Below, in pieces: positions 35,421-44,695 of a DNA stretch of 64,000 bases (the first letter of the stretch is position 1; the number at the start of each line of letters is the position of its first letter). Below the pieces are notes generated by a model that had not been told where the DNA came from, ran no database searches, and worked only from the letters and a program-made list of their open reading frames with translations. Origin of the DNA: Clostridiales bacterium. Lineage in GTDB: Bacteria > Bacillota > Clostridia > Oscillospirales > Oscillospiraceae. The translations under genes and the position numbers were made by a program. Location: assembly GCA_004556755.1 (NCBI GenBank), contig SFFW01000006.1, forward strand, positions 66,283 to 130,282, given 5' to 3'.

Positions 35421-35505
35421 AAGCGTAGGATGAGGGACGCAGCGGCATCGCACGCATCCCGACGGAAAACGGGAGCTTGCAGCCGAATAAAAAGGAGTGA
35501 GCGTT

Positions 35506-36582
35506 ATGGAAATAAGTCTTGCGGAAAATATTCGCAGGTTCAGACGGGAGCGGCGTCTTACGCAGGAGCAGCTTGCGGAAACGCTGGGCGTGACCGCCGG
35601 AGCGGTGTACAAATGGGAGGCAGCGCTGTCGCTGCCGGAGATAACGACGCTAACGGAGCTTGCCGACTTTTTCGACTGCTCCGTCGATGTGCTGCTCGGC
35701 TACGGGGTAAAGGACAACCGCATCGACGCAACGGTCAAAAGACTGCGTCGCTGCCGCATTGAAAAGGACGAAGCGGGGCTTTCCGAGTGCGAAAAAGCGC
35801 TCAAAAAGTACCCGAACAGCTTTGAGGTCGTTTACGCCTCGGCGCAGCTTTACTGCCGCTTCGGTGTGTCGCAGGGGGATAAGGCGAAGCTTGAGAGGGC
35901 GCTCGAAGTGCTTTCCGACGCCGTTTTGCTGCTGCCGCAGAACACCGACCCGAAGATCGGCGAAAGCACGCTGTACGGTGAGATGGCGCAGATACTTTTG
36001 GGACTTGGGCGTGCGGACGAGGCGGTGGAGCTGCTGCGCAAAAACAACGTCGGCGGCACATACAACGCCCGCATCGGCTTTGCGCTTGCGGCCAACTGCG
36101 AGCGCCCGAAGGATGCAAGACCCTACCTTTCCGATGCGCTTCTCGGAAGTATCGTTGAGCTTGTACACATCGTGATGGGCTATGTAAACGTCAACCTTGA
36201 GGAAAACGACTACGCCGCCGCAGAGAACGTCATCACATGGGGAACGGAGCTTTTTTCGGGGCTGAAAAGCGGCGGCGGAAGCTGCTTTTTAGACAAGATG
36301 AACGCCGTGCTTTTCGTCTGCCTTGCGTATTCGCACCTAAAGCTCGGCTTGATGAGCACCGCACGGGGCGACCTTCTCCGTGCAAAGGAGCTTTCGGAGC
36401 GCTTTGACGCAGCGCCCGATTACAGCGTCCGTGCGCTGCGCTTTATCGGCGGCAGCGAGGAGGCCGGAGTCTACGACGACTTGGGTGAGACAGCGATGGA
36501 GAGCGTCGAAAGAACGCTTGAGGCGATGGAGAGCGAGGAGCTTTCCGCAATGTGGAAGGAGCTGAGCGCCGATGGAAAGTAG
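35506..36582 (+). CDS. XRE-family HTH regulator with long TPR-like helical-repeat domain
   Basis: HTH NIRRFRRERRLTQEQLAETLGVTAGAVYKWE, then about 290 aa of repeated amphipathic helix pairs (for example YASAQLYCRFGVSQGDKAKLERALEVL, YGEMAQILLGLGRADEAVELL). ATG 35506 follows AAGGAG. Confidence 0.75.
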   Translation: MEISLAENIRRFRRERRLTQEQLAETLGVTAGAVYKWEAALSLPEITTLTELADFFDCSVDVLLGYGVKDNRIDATVKRLRRCRIEKDEAGLSECEKALKKYPNSFEVVYASAQLYCRFGVSQGDKAKLERALEVLSDAVLLLPQNTDPKIGESTLYGEMAQILLGLGRADEAVELLRKNNVGGTYNARIGFALAANCERPKDARPYLSDALLGSIVELVHIVMGYVNVNLEENDYAAAENVITWGTELFSGLKSGGGSCFLDKMNAVLFVCLAYSHLKLGLMSTARGDLLRAKELSERFDAAPDYSVRALRFIGGSEEAGVYDDLGETAMESVERTLEAMESEELSAMWKELSADGK

Positions 36583-38287
36583 AGCGCTCGAAAGAGAGCT
36601 TGTTTCCCGCTTTTACAGGGGAAACGGCTTAAACCTCGGCATTACGGCCGTGGCTGCGCTGGCGGGCGGAACGCTGAATATTGCGGTGTCGTGGCTCATG
36701 CAGCAGCTTATCGACACGGCGTCGGGAGTGAGCGGAGCTTACCCGCTTGAGGAGCTTGCGTTCCTGACGGGGGTTTTCATACTCGTTTGCTTTGCGTCGT
36801 TCATGCTCAAATATGCGTCGGAGCCGCGGTTCATCGAAAAGGCGCTGCGGCAGTACAAGGACTTTGCGTTTAAGAAGCTCACGGAGAAAAACATCTCCTC
36901 GTTTAAGGACGAGAGTACGGCGGCGTATCTCTCGGCTATGACCAATGACGTCGGCAGCATCGAGGCGGACTACCTCGGCAGGCAGCTTGAGCTTATCACG
37001 AAAACGACCGCATTCTTCGGCTCGCTTGCGCTCATGCTGTGCTACTCCCCGACGCTCACGCTCGTCGCCGCTGCGGTGACGGCTCTGCCGCTTGCGGCGT
37101 CGCTCCTCACCGGCAGCAGGCTCACGGCGGCGGAGCGGCGTGTGTCCGACCGCAGCGCCGACTTCACCGCAGCGCTGTCCGACTGCCTCGGCGGGTTTAC
37201 CGTGGTCAAGACCTTCAAGGCGGAAAAGGAGATATTCGCTCTGTTTGCAGAGAACAACCGATCGCTTGAGCATGAGAAGTTCGGCAGACGCCGCCTGCGG
37301 GTGCTGGTGGGTATGTTCGGCGCCGTGACGGGCATCACGGCACAGCTCATGGTGTTCTTGGTCGGTGCATACCTTGCGCTCAGCGGCAAGGGTATCACGG
37401 CGGGAACCGTCATTATGTTCGTGAACCTTATGAATATGCTGATAGATACGGTTGCAGAGCTTCCCGCAATTTTAGGCTCACGGAAGGCAGCAAAGGGGCT
37501 TATAGCAAAGCTTGCGGCGGCGCTCCGTGAGGGAGAAAGCGTCGGCGGGGAAGTGCATCACGAAAGACTTGAGGAGGGCATTTGTCTTGAGGACGTCCGC
37601 TTTAGCTACGACGGTGAAAACGAGGTGCTGCACGGCGTGACGGCAAAGCTCAGGGCGGGCGGCTCATACGCCGTCGTGGGTGCGAGCGGGAGCGGCAAAT
37701 CGACGCTTTTAAAGCTCCTCACGGCGGAAAATTCGGACTATAGCGGGCATATACGGCTTGACGGAACGGAACTGAGCGAGCTTGCGCCGGAGTCGCTGTA
37801 CGAGATGATGTCGGTCATTCAGCAGAACGTTTTTGTGTTCAACGCCTCGATCACGGACAATATAACGATGTTTCGCAGCTTCCCCGAAGACGAGTTACGT
37901 TCGGCGCTGAGGTGCGCACACCTCGATGAGCTTATCGCAAAGCGTGGCGGGGACTGCCTTTGCGGGGAAAACGGCAAGGAGCTTTCCGGCGGCGAGAAGC
38001 AGCGCATCTCGATCGCAAGGAGCCTGCTCAAGCGCTCGTCGGTGCTTTTGGCGGACGAGGCGACGGCGGCGCTCGACGCACAGACGGCGCACAGGGTCAC
38101 GAGCGATATTCTTGACCTTGACGGCATTACCCGCATCGTAGTGACGCACTCCTTGGAGGAGTCGCTCCTGCGGCGCTTTGACGGGATCGTCGTCATGCGT
38201 GACGGCAGGATCGAGGAGCTTGGAAGCTTCACGGAGCTTATGGAAAAGAGAGGCTACTTCCGAGCGCTGTATACGGTCTCCGAATAA
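36572..38287 (+). CDS. ABC exporter, fused permease-ATPase half transporter
   Basis: Six-TM N-terminal domain. Walker A GASGSGKST, signature LSGGEKQRI, Walker B VLLADEAT. Its start overlaps the regulator stop by 11 nt. Confidence 0.9.
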   Translation: MESRALERELVSRFYRGNGLNLGITAVAALAGGTLNIAVSWLMQQLIDTASGVSGAYPLEELAFLTGVFILVCFASFMLKYASEPRFIEKALRQYKDFAFKKLTEKNISSFKDESTAAYLSAMTNDVGSIEADYLGRQLELITKTTAFFGSLALMLCYSPTLTLVAAAVTALPLAASLLTGSRLTAAERRVSDRSADFTAALSDCLGGFTVVKTFKAEKEIFALFAENNRSLEHEKFGRRRLRVLVGMFGAVTGITAQLMVFLVGAYLALSGKGITAGTVIMFVNLMNMLIDTVAELPAILGSRKAAKGLIAKLAAALREGESVGGEVHHERLEEGICLEDVRFSYDGENEVLHGVTAKLRAGGSYAVVGASGSGKSTLLKLLTAENSDYSGHIRLDGTELSELAPESLYEMMSVIQQNVFVFNASITDNITMFRSFPEDELRSALRCAHLDELIAKRGGDCLCGENGKELSGGEKQRISIARSLLKRSSVLLADEATAALDAQTAHRVTSDILDLDGITRIVVTHSLEESLLRRFDGIVVMRDGRIEELGSFTELMEKRGYFRALYTVSE

Positions 38288-38288
38288 A

Positions 38289-38316
38289 ACGGCAAGAGAT
38301 GCAGATCTCTTGCCGT
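38289..38316. terminator. bidirectional terminator hairpin
   Basis: ACGGCAAGAGAT GCAG ATCTCTTGCCGT, between convergent genes. Confidence 0.8.
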
Positions 38317-38325
38317 TTAGCTATT

Positions 38326-39282
38326 TCAGCCGAAGAAGTGGGAGTGCAGGATGCGAAGGGCGGGCAGAAGCTCTGCTTCCGAGGTAAAGACCGCCGCCTC
38401 GCCCGGCTCAAAGTTTGCCGGAACGGAGGATATGTCCGCATCCGCCAGCACGGAGAGCATCTCCGCCAAGGAGTCGAAGCCCACCTCGCTTCCGACGAGC
38501 GTTATCTTGTTCTGCGTCTTATCCCTCGTTATGCCGCAAAAGGGCGGAGCGGGGGTGTCGGCGCTCATGAGCGTTCCCTCGGACTCGCAGAAGCTTGAGA
38601 GCATGAGCATCGGCACACGCCGCAGCATGGCGATCTCCACCGCCTTTTCGTGCAGCACCTGCGAACCGCTGCGGCTCAGGCGCAGCATGGAGAGGTAGTC
38701 TATCCGGTAGAGCTTTTTTGCGTTTGGGACGAGACGGGGATCGGCGGTGTAGATCCCATCCACGTCGGAATATATCTCGCACCTGTCGGCGTTGAGCGCA
38801 GCCGCCAGCGCTGCGGCGCTGGTGTCGGAGCCGCCCCTGCCGAGCGTCGTTATGTCGTCGCCGCCGCTTATCCCCTGAAAGCCTGCGACCGCAACAACTC
38901 TGCCGCAGGCGATCTCACGACGTATCCTGCATGTGTCGATGTCCTCGATGCGGGCGTCGCCGAAAACCGAATCGGTGCGTATGCCTGCCTGCCGTCCGGA
39001 AAGCGAGATCGCCGGTATCCCCATGCTCTCAAGCTGCATGGACATGAGCGCCACGCTTTTAAGCTCCCCCGTGGAGAGCAAAACGTCCATCTCACGCTTT
39101 GGCGGCGACGAGCTCAACTCCTTCGCCCCGGAAATCATCATATCCGTTGAGCCGCCTCCGGCAGACAGTACTGCGACCGGCGTATGTCCGGCGCTCAGAG
39201 TGCGGGCGATAATGTCTGCCGCCGCTCTGATCCTTTCGGCGTTTGCAAGCGAGCTGCCGCCGAATTTCTGTACTATCAGCAT
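38326..39282 (-). CDS. aspartate kinase, short form (318 aa)
   Basis: MLIVQKFGGSSL and GRGGSDTSAAALAAAL motifs of the amino-acid kinase fold. Only about 80 aa follow the catalytic domain. Confidence 0.75.
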   Translation of the reverse strand: MLIVQKFGGSSLANAERIRAAADIIARTLSAGHTPVAVLSAGGGSTDMMISGAKELSSSPPKREMDVLLSTGELKSVALMSMQLESMGIPAISLSGRQAGIRTDSVFGDARIEDIDTCRIRREIACGRVVAVAGFQGISGGDDITTLGRGGSDTSAAALAAALNADRCEIYSDVDGIYTADPRLVPNAKKLYRIDYLSMLRLSRSGSQVLHEKAVEIAMLRRVPMLMLSSFCESEGTLMSADTPAPPFCGITRDKTQNKITLVGSEVGFDSLAEMLSVLADADISSVPANFEPGEAAVFTSEAELLPALRILHSHFFG

Positions 39283-39301
39283 TGTTTTCCTCCAAATTAA
39301 A

Positions 39302-39329
39302 AATGAAGCAGACCTTGGTCTGCTTCATT
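39302..39329 (-). terminator. hairpin between the ACT gene and the aspartokinase gene
   Basis: AATGAAGCAGACC TTG GTCTGCTTCATT. Confidence 0.6.
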
Positions 39330-39344
39330 ATATTCGGATGGGTC

Positions 39345-39788
39345 TTATCCCGCCATTATATCGACGTTTACAACTCCGGGAACGCTGCGGAGATTTGCCA
39401 GCAGCTCGTCGGAGCTGACGATGAGGTTTTCCGCCGTGACGGACACGGTGACGAGAGCGACGCCGTTTGCGGGAATGCTCTGATTTATCGTGAGAATATT
39501 CGCCCTCGATTCGGTAAAAATAGAAAGCACGGAGGTAAGCATACCGGGCTTGTCGTGCAGCATGACGTGGAAGGTCATGATAGAGTCGCGGCGCAGGTCA
39601 CGGAAGGGCGCTATCGCATCCTTGTACTTATAAAAGGCGCTGCGGCTGAGACCGGCCCTCTCCACCGCCTCGGCGACCGTGCGTGCTTCTCCGGTTTCGA
39701 GAAGCGACTTCGCCTCCGTCACCTTTACAAAGACCTCCGGCAGAGCGCTCGCTTCCACGAGATAATATTTCGGCTTCAAGGGGTTCAT
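39345..39788 (-). CDS. ACT domain-containing protein (UPF0735/PheB-like)
   Basis: MNPLKPKYYLVEASALPEVF...LSRSAFYKYKD, then ACT fold (TFHVMLHDKPGMLTSVLSIF). ATG 39788 follows GGAGGA. Confidence 0.75.
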   Translation of the reverse strand: MNPLKPKYYLVEASALPEVFVKVTEAKSLLETGEARTVAEAVERAGLSRSAFYKYKDAIAPFRDLRRDSIMTFHVMLHDKPGMLTSVLSIFTESRANILTINQSIPANGVALVTVSVTAENLIVSSDELLANLRSVPGVVNVDIMAG

Positions 39789-39904
39789 TGGCGCATATCC
39801 TCCGTTCAGTCCGCCGCAGACGGGCGAATGTGTTCTACATGCGGATTCTATCATACAAATTGCGGATTAGCAAGAGCCGCAGCAAATTTTCGGGAGGTAT
39901 TTTC

Positions 39905-40345
39905 GTGCTTTGGGGAATAGTTTTTAGCATAGTTGCGGGAATGACGATGAGCGTTCAGGGCGTTATGAATACCCGCCTCGGCGAGGGCATCGGCAACACG
40001 GAGGCGAACGTGTTTGTTCAGGGTACTGCCTTCCTGCTTGCGGCGGCGGTGCTGCTGTTTCACCGTGACGGAAGCTTCACCGAGCTTGGGCAGGTGAATA
40101 AGCTCTACTGGCTTGGCGGCGTTTTGGGCATCGTCATAACGCTGACCGTCATGCTCGGCATAAAGAGCCTCGGCACGACGGTGGCGATATCGGTCATACT
40201 CATATCGCAGCTTCTGGTGGCGGCGCTCATCGACGCATTCGGGTTTATGGGGAGCGAAAAGCTCGCCTTTTCGTGGACGAAATATGCGGGGCTTGCGCTG
40301 ATGATAGGCGGTATGCTCCTGTTCCGCTATATGCCGAAGGCTTAA
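39905..40345 (+). CDS. DMT-superfamily small transporter (DUF606/YdcZ-like)
   Basis: 146 aa, five hydrophobic helices. GTG 39905 follows GGGAGG. The upstream part of the track ORF overlaps the divergent ACT gene. Confidence 0.65.
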   Translation: MLWGIVFSIVAGMTMSVQGVMNTRLGEGIGNTEANVFVQGTAFLLAAAVLLFHRDGSFTELGQVNKLYWLGGVLGIVITLTVMLGIKSLGTTVAISVILISQLLVAALIDAFGFMGSEKLAFSWTKYAGLALMIGGMLLFRYMPKA

Positions 40346-40347
40346 AG

Positions 40348-40425
40348 AAATCTCTCCCTCAGTCGGCTTACGCCGATAGCTCCCTCGGAAGTGCAGAGCC
40401 ATGAGAAGGAGCGTGTTTTGCTTGC
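40348..40425 (-). repeat. half copy of dispersed palindromic element
   Basis: AAATCTCTCCCTCAG, hairpin TCGGC TTAC GCCGA, then CTCCCTCGGAAGTGCAGAGCCATGA, then GGAGCGTGTTTTGC. Abuts the stop of the PMT-like gene. Confidence 0.8.
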
Positions 40426-40429
40426 TCGC

Positions 40430-42187
40430 TTAAAACGGCCAGGAGGGGAGCCAGCGCAGGAGGGCGCTTGCGGTCTCGGCGTTTATGAGCTTTCCCGACA
40501 GCACGGGATAGAACATGAGAAACAGTCCGAGGCACAGCCCGGTAAAGCCGTAAAGCTTTATGCGCCAGTGCTTCGTGCAGGTCTGCATGAGCGCAAATAT
40601 GCGGCAGAGCGCAAGCGTCAGAAAGACCGCCGAGGGGAAGTAGTGATACTCAAAGGTGATGCGTGAGATAAACACCCACGGCAGAAGCTGCGCAAGGTAG
40701 CCGATGAGTATAAAGCCCGCAGCTTTGTCACGGCGAAACAGCGCAAGCCACAGCATGACGCACATCGCCGCAAGCCCGCCCCAGCACAGCAGGGGATTTA
40801 AAAACGCACCGAAGGAGGAGCGGCTGCCGTCGCTGTAATATTGCAGATAGTAGAGTATGGGGCGCTCGTCTATGAGCCACTGGTACCAGCGTGAGGCGTA
40901 GGGGTGTTCGCTGTGAACGCCGGAGTGGTAGGTGAACATGAATTCCTGATTGCCGCAAACGAGGTCGAAATACTCACGCTTAAAGAACATTCCGGGTCCA
41001 TGAAGTCCTATCGCCTGCCCGTAGGGGAAGTAGCTCAGATAGTAGATGACAGCGGGGATGAGGACGAAAAACACGAGGCAGAACAGGCAGTTTTTCAGAA
41101 ACGCCTTAAGCTCGAAGCGGCGTATGCGGTATATGAGCCATATGACCGCAAGCCCCGCACCGGCGTAGAAGCAGGTCCACTTGCAGGCGATGCCGATGCC
41201 GAAGGCAACGCCCGAAAGCGCAAGGTATCTGAGCCTGCCGCCGCTTATATACAGGTACATGAACAGGTACATAAGCAGGATGAAAAACACGGCGTAGCTG
41301 TCTATCGTCGCAATGCGGGTCTGCGTGAAATGCATGAAGTCGAAGGCGAATATCGCAGTGCCGCAGGCGGGAACGGACACGCCGCCGAACATCTTCTTCA
41401 GAAGAACGTAGAGCAGCGGCAGCATCAAAACGCCGATAAGCGTGCCGGAAAAGCGCCAGCCGAAAGGGGTCATGCCGAAAAGCTCGATGCCGCCTGCGAT
41501 GATGAGCTTGCCCAGCGGCGGGTGCGAGACCTCGTAGGGGTAGACGCCCTCGATATGCTCGTATGCGGTGCGGGCGTGGTATATCTCGTCAAAGTAGCTG
41601 CTGTTTAAGTAGTTCGGATATTCGGGGACGGTGGCCTGCTCGTCGAAAAGCTTGCCTCCGCCCGTGACGGGGATGAGCCTGCCGTCCGGCGTGCGCAGCG
41701 CAAGCTCGCCGAGCCACGGCGAGCCGTGGGCGATGATGCGGATACTCCGGGGCTTATCGGAAACGCCGGAGTACAGCTCGGCGTTTTTCCATTTCAGCAG
41801 GGCGGCGTAGTTCTGATCGAGCAGCGCCGCATCGTAAAAGCTCTCGCCGTCGTCGGAATACTGGAGCGTGTAGCTTCCGGTGCCGATGCCGGTGTAGTAC
41901 ATGACCGAGGACACGCTCTCGTCACCCGACAGCGTGACGGTGAGGCTCTCGCCGTCGGAAAAACGGTGAAAGCTTTGCGGCGCTTCGGTCGAGCCGAGAT
42001 TATAAAAGGCGACGAATGCGTATACAATTACAATAAGACCGAGGGCGAAAAAATCCCTTGTGCCGTACTCATAGCCCGATTTGGGGATGCGGTCCAAGGG
42101 GCAGCGCCGCAGCGACGGCATTCCTATAAAAAACAGGACGAGGAGCAGTATCGCAGCGACGGGGAAAAACCAAGTGACGGGATTCAA
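40430..42187 (-). CDS. phospholipid-carrier-dependent glycosyltransferase (PMT/GT39-like)
   Basis: 585 aa polytopic membrane protein. Conserved-looking loop YFDEIYHARTAYE after the first TM cluster. TTG start with GGAGG 9 nt upstream. Confidence 0.75.
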   Translation of the reverse strand: MNPVTWFFPVAAILLLVLFFIGMPSLRRCPLDRIPKSGYEYGTRDFFALGLIVIVYAFVAFYNLGSTEAPQSFHRFSDGESLTVTLSGDESVSSVMYYTGIGTGSYTLQYSDDGESFYDAALLDQNYAALLKWKNAELYSGVSDKPRSIRIIAHGSPWLGELALRTPDGRLIPVTGGGKLFDEQATVPEYPNYLNSSYFDEIYHARTAYEHIEGVYPYEVSHPPLGKLIIAGGIELFGMTPFGWRFSGTLIGVLMLPLLYVLLKKMFGGVSVPACGTAIFAFDFMHFTQTRIATIDSYAVFFILLMYLFMYLYISGGRLRYLALSGVAFGIGIACKWTCFYAGAGLAVIWLIYRIRRFELKAFLKNCLFCLVFFVLIPAVIYYLSYFPYGQAIGLHGPGMFFKREYFDLVCGNQEFMFTYHSGVHSEHPYASRWYQWLIDERPILYYLQYYSDGSRSSFGAFLNPLLCWGGLAAMCVMLWLALFRRDKAAGFILIGYLAQLLPWVFISRITFEYHYFPSAVFLTLALCRIFALMQTCTKHWRIKLYGFTGLCLGLFLMFYPVLSGKLINAETASALLRWLPSWPF

Positions 42188-42216
42188 AATGCCGTACCTC
42201 CGTTAAGGTAGTCTGC

Positions 42217-42277
42217 TAAGCAGACGGGAGAAAATCCGCCCGTCAAAACCGACAGGGGTTCGACTCCCTTATGCTTA
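42217..42277 (+). other. tRNA-like fragment (T arm plus partial acceptor), probably a relic
   Basis: AGGGG TTCGACT CCCTT (42254-70) is a canonical T stem-loop. TAAGCA(G) and ATGCTTA could pair as an acceptor stem, but only one further arm fits between them. Confidence 0.3.
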
Positions 42278-42337
42278 AATTATATCCGCTTTGAAGTTAA
42301 ACGCAACAAAATTTTTAATAATATAGGAGTATTTGAC

Positions 42338-42366
42338 TTGACATAACTTCCGGCAGGGGATAAAAT
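42338..42366 (+). promoter_or_regulatory. promoter of rny
   Basis: TTGACA, 17 nt, TAAAAT, followed by a roughly 150-nt leader with two hairpins. Confidence 0.65.
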
Positions 42367-42519
42367 AAATCGGATAACAAGCGGAAACCGGGGGAGGTTT
42401 CCGATGTTAGGGTTCAATTTTCCGGACAGATACGCTTGATGGTCTGTCTTGACTTAGATGCAAAAAACATCATTAAACCACCGCAAAATTCTTAAAGAAT
42501 GGAGGTGTGTTTACTTTCT

Positions 42520-44061
42520 ATGGATTTATGGTTAGCAATTGTACTGATCGTTGTTGCTTTTGCGGGCGCATTCGTGTTGGGCGTCACCTACCGCAAAAAG
42601 GTTGCGGAGAGGGAGATAGTCAGCGCCGAGGAAGAAGCAAAGCGGATAATCAACGAAGCCATTAAGAGCGCCGAGAGCAAGAAACGTGAGGCTCTCGTCG
42701 AAGCAAAGGAAGAAATACACAAAAACCGCTCGGAGTATGAGCGGGAAGAAAAGGCACGTCGTGCCGACCTGCAGAAGCAGGAGCGAAGACTTCAGCAGAA
42801 GGAAGAAAACCTCGACAGAAAGACCGACGCACTCGAACGCAAGACCGAGACTTTGAATCATAAAATTGCGGCTGCCGAGGCTCAGCAGGAGGAAATTGCA
42901 CTTATCAAGAAGAGCCAGCTCGAAATGCTGGAGAAGGTTTCCGGCTACACGGTAGAGGAAGCCAAGGCGTACATGATAAACGCCCTCAAGGACGAAGTTA
43001 CACACGAAATGGCCGTTAAGGTCAAGGAGATCGAGGCACAGGCAAAGGACGAGGCGGAGGAAAGAGCGAGAGAGATCATCGTCACCGCCATCCAGCGCTG
43101 CGCCGCAGATCATGCAAGCGAAGTTACAGTCTCCGTCGTACCTCTCCCCAACGACGAGATGAAGGGCCGTATCATCGGCAGAGAAGGCCGCAACATCAGA
43201 AGCATCGAAACGCTCACCGGCTGCGACCTTATAATCGACGATACCCCGGAGGCGATCACGGTGTCCAGCTTCGACCCCGTGCGCCGTGAGGTCGCAAGGC
43301 TTGCGCTTGAAAAGCTCATCGCCGACGGCAGGATCCATCCCGCCCGCATCGAGGAAATGGTCGCAAAGGCCCAGCGTGAGGTCAACGCAACCATCAAGGC
43401 GGAGGGCGAGAGAGCCGTTTTCGAGACGAATATCCACGGCGTCAATCAGGAGATCGTAAAGCTCCTCGGACGTATGAAATACCGCACGAGCTACGGTCAG
43501 AACGTGCTTCAGCACTCCATCGAGGTCAGCCACATTGCGGGTCTTATCGCAGCGGAGCTGGGTGTGGACGTGAACACCGCAAAGAGAGCGGGTCTGCTCC
43601 ACGACATCGGCAAGGCGATAGACCACGAGGTCGAGGGAAGCCACGTTTCCATCGGCGTCGATATCGCCAAGAAGTACAAGGAGAGCGAAGCCGTTATCCA
43701 CGCCATTGAGGCGCACCACGGCGACGTCGAGCCGAGGACGGTCGTTGCCTGCATCGTTCAGGCGGCAGACGCAATATCGGCATCCCGCCCCGGCGCACGG
43801 CGCGAGAATATCGAGAACTACGTCAAGCGTCTTGAGAAGCTTGAAGAGATCTCGAAGAGCTTCCCCGGAATCGCAGGAAGCTATGCGATCCAGGCGGGTC
43901 GTGAGATCCGTGTCATGGTCAAGCCGGAGGAGGTGTCCGAGGATCAGATGGTCCTGCTTGCAAGGGACATCGCAAAGAAGATCGAGGAGGAGCTTACCTA
44001 CCCCGGTCAGATCAAGGTACACGTCCTCAGAGAGACCAAGGCAGTCGAATACGCAAAGTAA
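42520..44061 (+). CDS. rny: ribonuclease Y
   Basis: N-terminal TM helix, coiled-coil, KH ([12 protein letters not shown]) and HD (LLHDIGKA) domains. The alternative in-frame ATG is at 42499. Confidence 0.95.
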   Translation: MDLWLAIVLIVVAFAGAFVLGVTYRKKVAEREIVSAEEEAKRIINEAIKSAESKKREALVEAKEEIHKNRSEYEREEKARRADLQKQERRLQQKEENLDRKTDALERKTETLNHKIAAAEAQQEEIALIKKSQLEMLEKVSGYTVEEAKAYMINALKDEVTHEMAVKVKEIEAQAKDEAEERAREIIVTAIQRCAADHASEVTVSVVPLPNDEMKGRIIGREGRNIRSIETLTGCDLIIDDTPEAITVSSFDPVRREVARLALEKLIADGRIHPARIEEMVAKAQREVNATIKAEGERAVFETNIHGVNQEIVKLLGRMKYRTSYGQNVLQHSIEVSHIAGLIAAELGVDVNTAKRAGLLHDIGKAIDHEVEGSHVSIGVDIAKKYKESEAVIHAIEAHHGDVEPRTVVACIVQAADAISASRPGARRENIENYVKRLEKLEEISKSFPGIAGSYAIQAGREIRVMVKPEEVSEDQMVLLARDIAKKIEEELTYPGQIKVHVLRETKAVEYAK

Positions 44062-44071
44062 GAATTATTAT

Positions 44072-44107
44072 AACAAAAGAAACCGCCCATCGGCGGTTTC
44101 TTTTGTT
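44072..44107 (+). terminator. rho-independent terminator
   Basis: AACAAAAGAAACCGCC CATC GGCGGTTTCTTTTGTT. Confidence 0.85.
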
Positions 44108-44185
44108 ATGTGTGCGGTAATTGCCGCGGCAAGATTCGCACAACTGCAAACGGAATGTTTGCTTTGCTGTAAGCTTTCACGCTTT

Positions 44186-44593
44186 TTACAAGCTGCGGAG
44201 GTAGCCTTCGAGGATGAGGCTTGCGGCGACGGCGTCGACGTTTTTGCGGTGATTTTTTTCACGTCTGCCGTTTGCGTGCAAAATTGCGTGCGCCTCGATG
44301 CTGCTGCGGCGCTCGTCCCAAAGCACGGGACAAAGCCCCGCCTTTTCCTCAAGCTTCTGCGCAAACAGGCGGCACTTTTCCGCTCTCGCACCCTCGCTGC
44401 CGTCCATGTTCTTCGGCAGCCCCAAAACGATGCGCTGCACCGAGCGCTTTTGTACCTCGTCGGCTATCTTCTCGGCGGCAAGGTCCGCATTGCGCTCCGT
44501 GAGCGTCCACGAATCCCCGACCAGTGTGTTCATCTCGTCGCTGACGGCAAGTCCTATGCGAACGTCGCCGTAGTCGACACCCATTATTCTCAT
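44186..44593 (-). CDS. ruvX: Holliday junction resolvase-like protein RuvX/YqgF
   Basis: MRIMGVDYGDVRIGLAVSD is the typical N-terminus. 135 aa from ATG 44593. Confidence 0.9.
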   Translation of the reverse strand: MRIMGVDYGDVRIGLAVSDEMNTLVGDSWTLTERNADLAAEKIADEVQKRSVQRIVLGLPKNMDGSEGARAEKCRLFAQKLEEKAGLCPVLWDERRSSIEAHAILHANGRREKNHRKNVDAVAASLILEGYLRSL

Positions 44594-44650
44594 TGCTGCA
44601 CCTCTCACTTTACGATATGAGAGCATTGTAGCATCTTTGACCGAATATGT

Positions 44651-44687
44651 AAAACAAAAAAGCCGACGGGGAGAAAGTCCCGCCGGC
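44651..44687 (-). terminator. terminator after the 20-aa micro-ORF
   Basis: Minus strand: GCCGGCGGGAC TTTCTC CCCGTCGGC followed by TTTTTTGTTTT. Confidence 0.7.
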
Positions 44688-44695
44688 CTGCACGG

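Noticed and set aside
35240-35430. Small ORFs (22 aa MCAASFEKSLPQSATLTAPSEV; 37 aa MNWSVFRCGKMTAALMPIRFRRRRQNRQCLTEGEKA) as candidate pheromone precursors for the HTH-TPR regulator
   Set aside because: Both lie inside the dispersed repeat element and lack a convincing RBS. Other copies of the element do not preserve these frames.
42532-44022. 496-aa minus-strand ORF opposite rny
   Set aside because: Antisense shadow of a highly conserved gene. Low-complexity L/D/R-rich translation and no start context.
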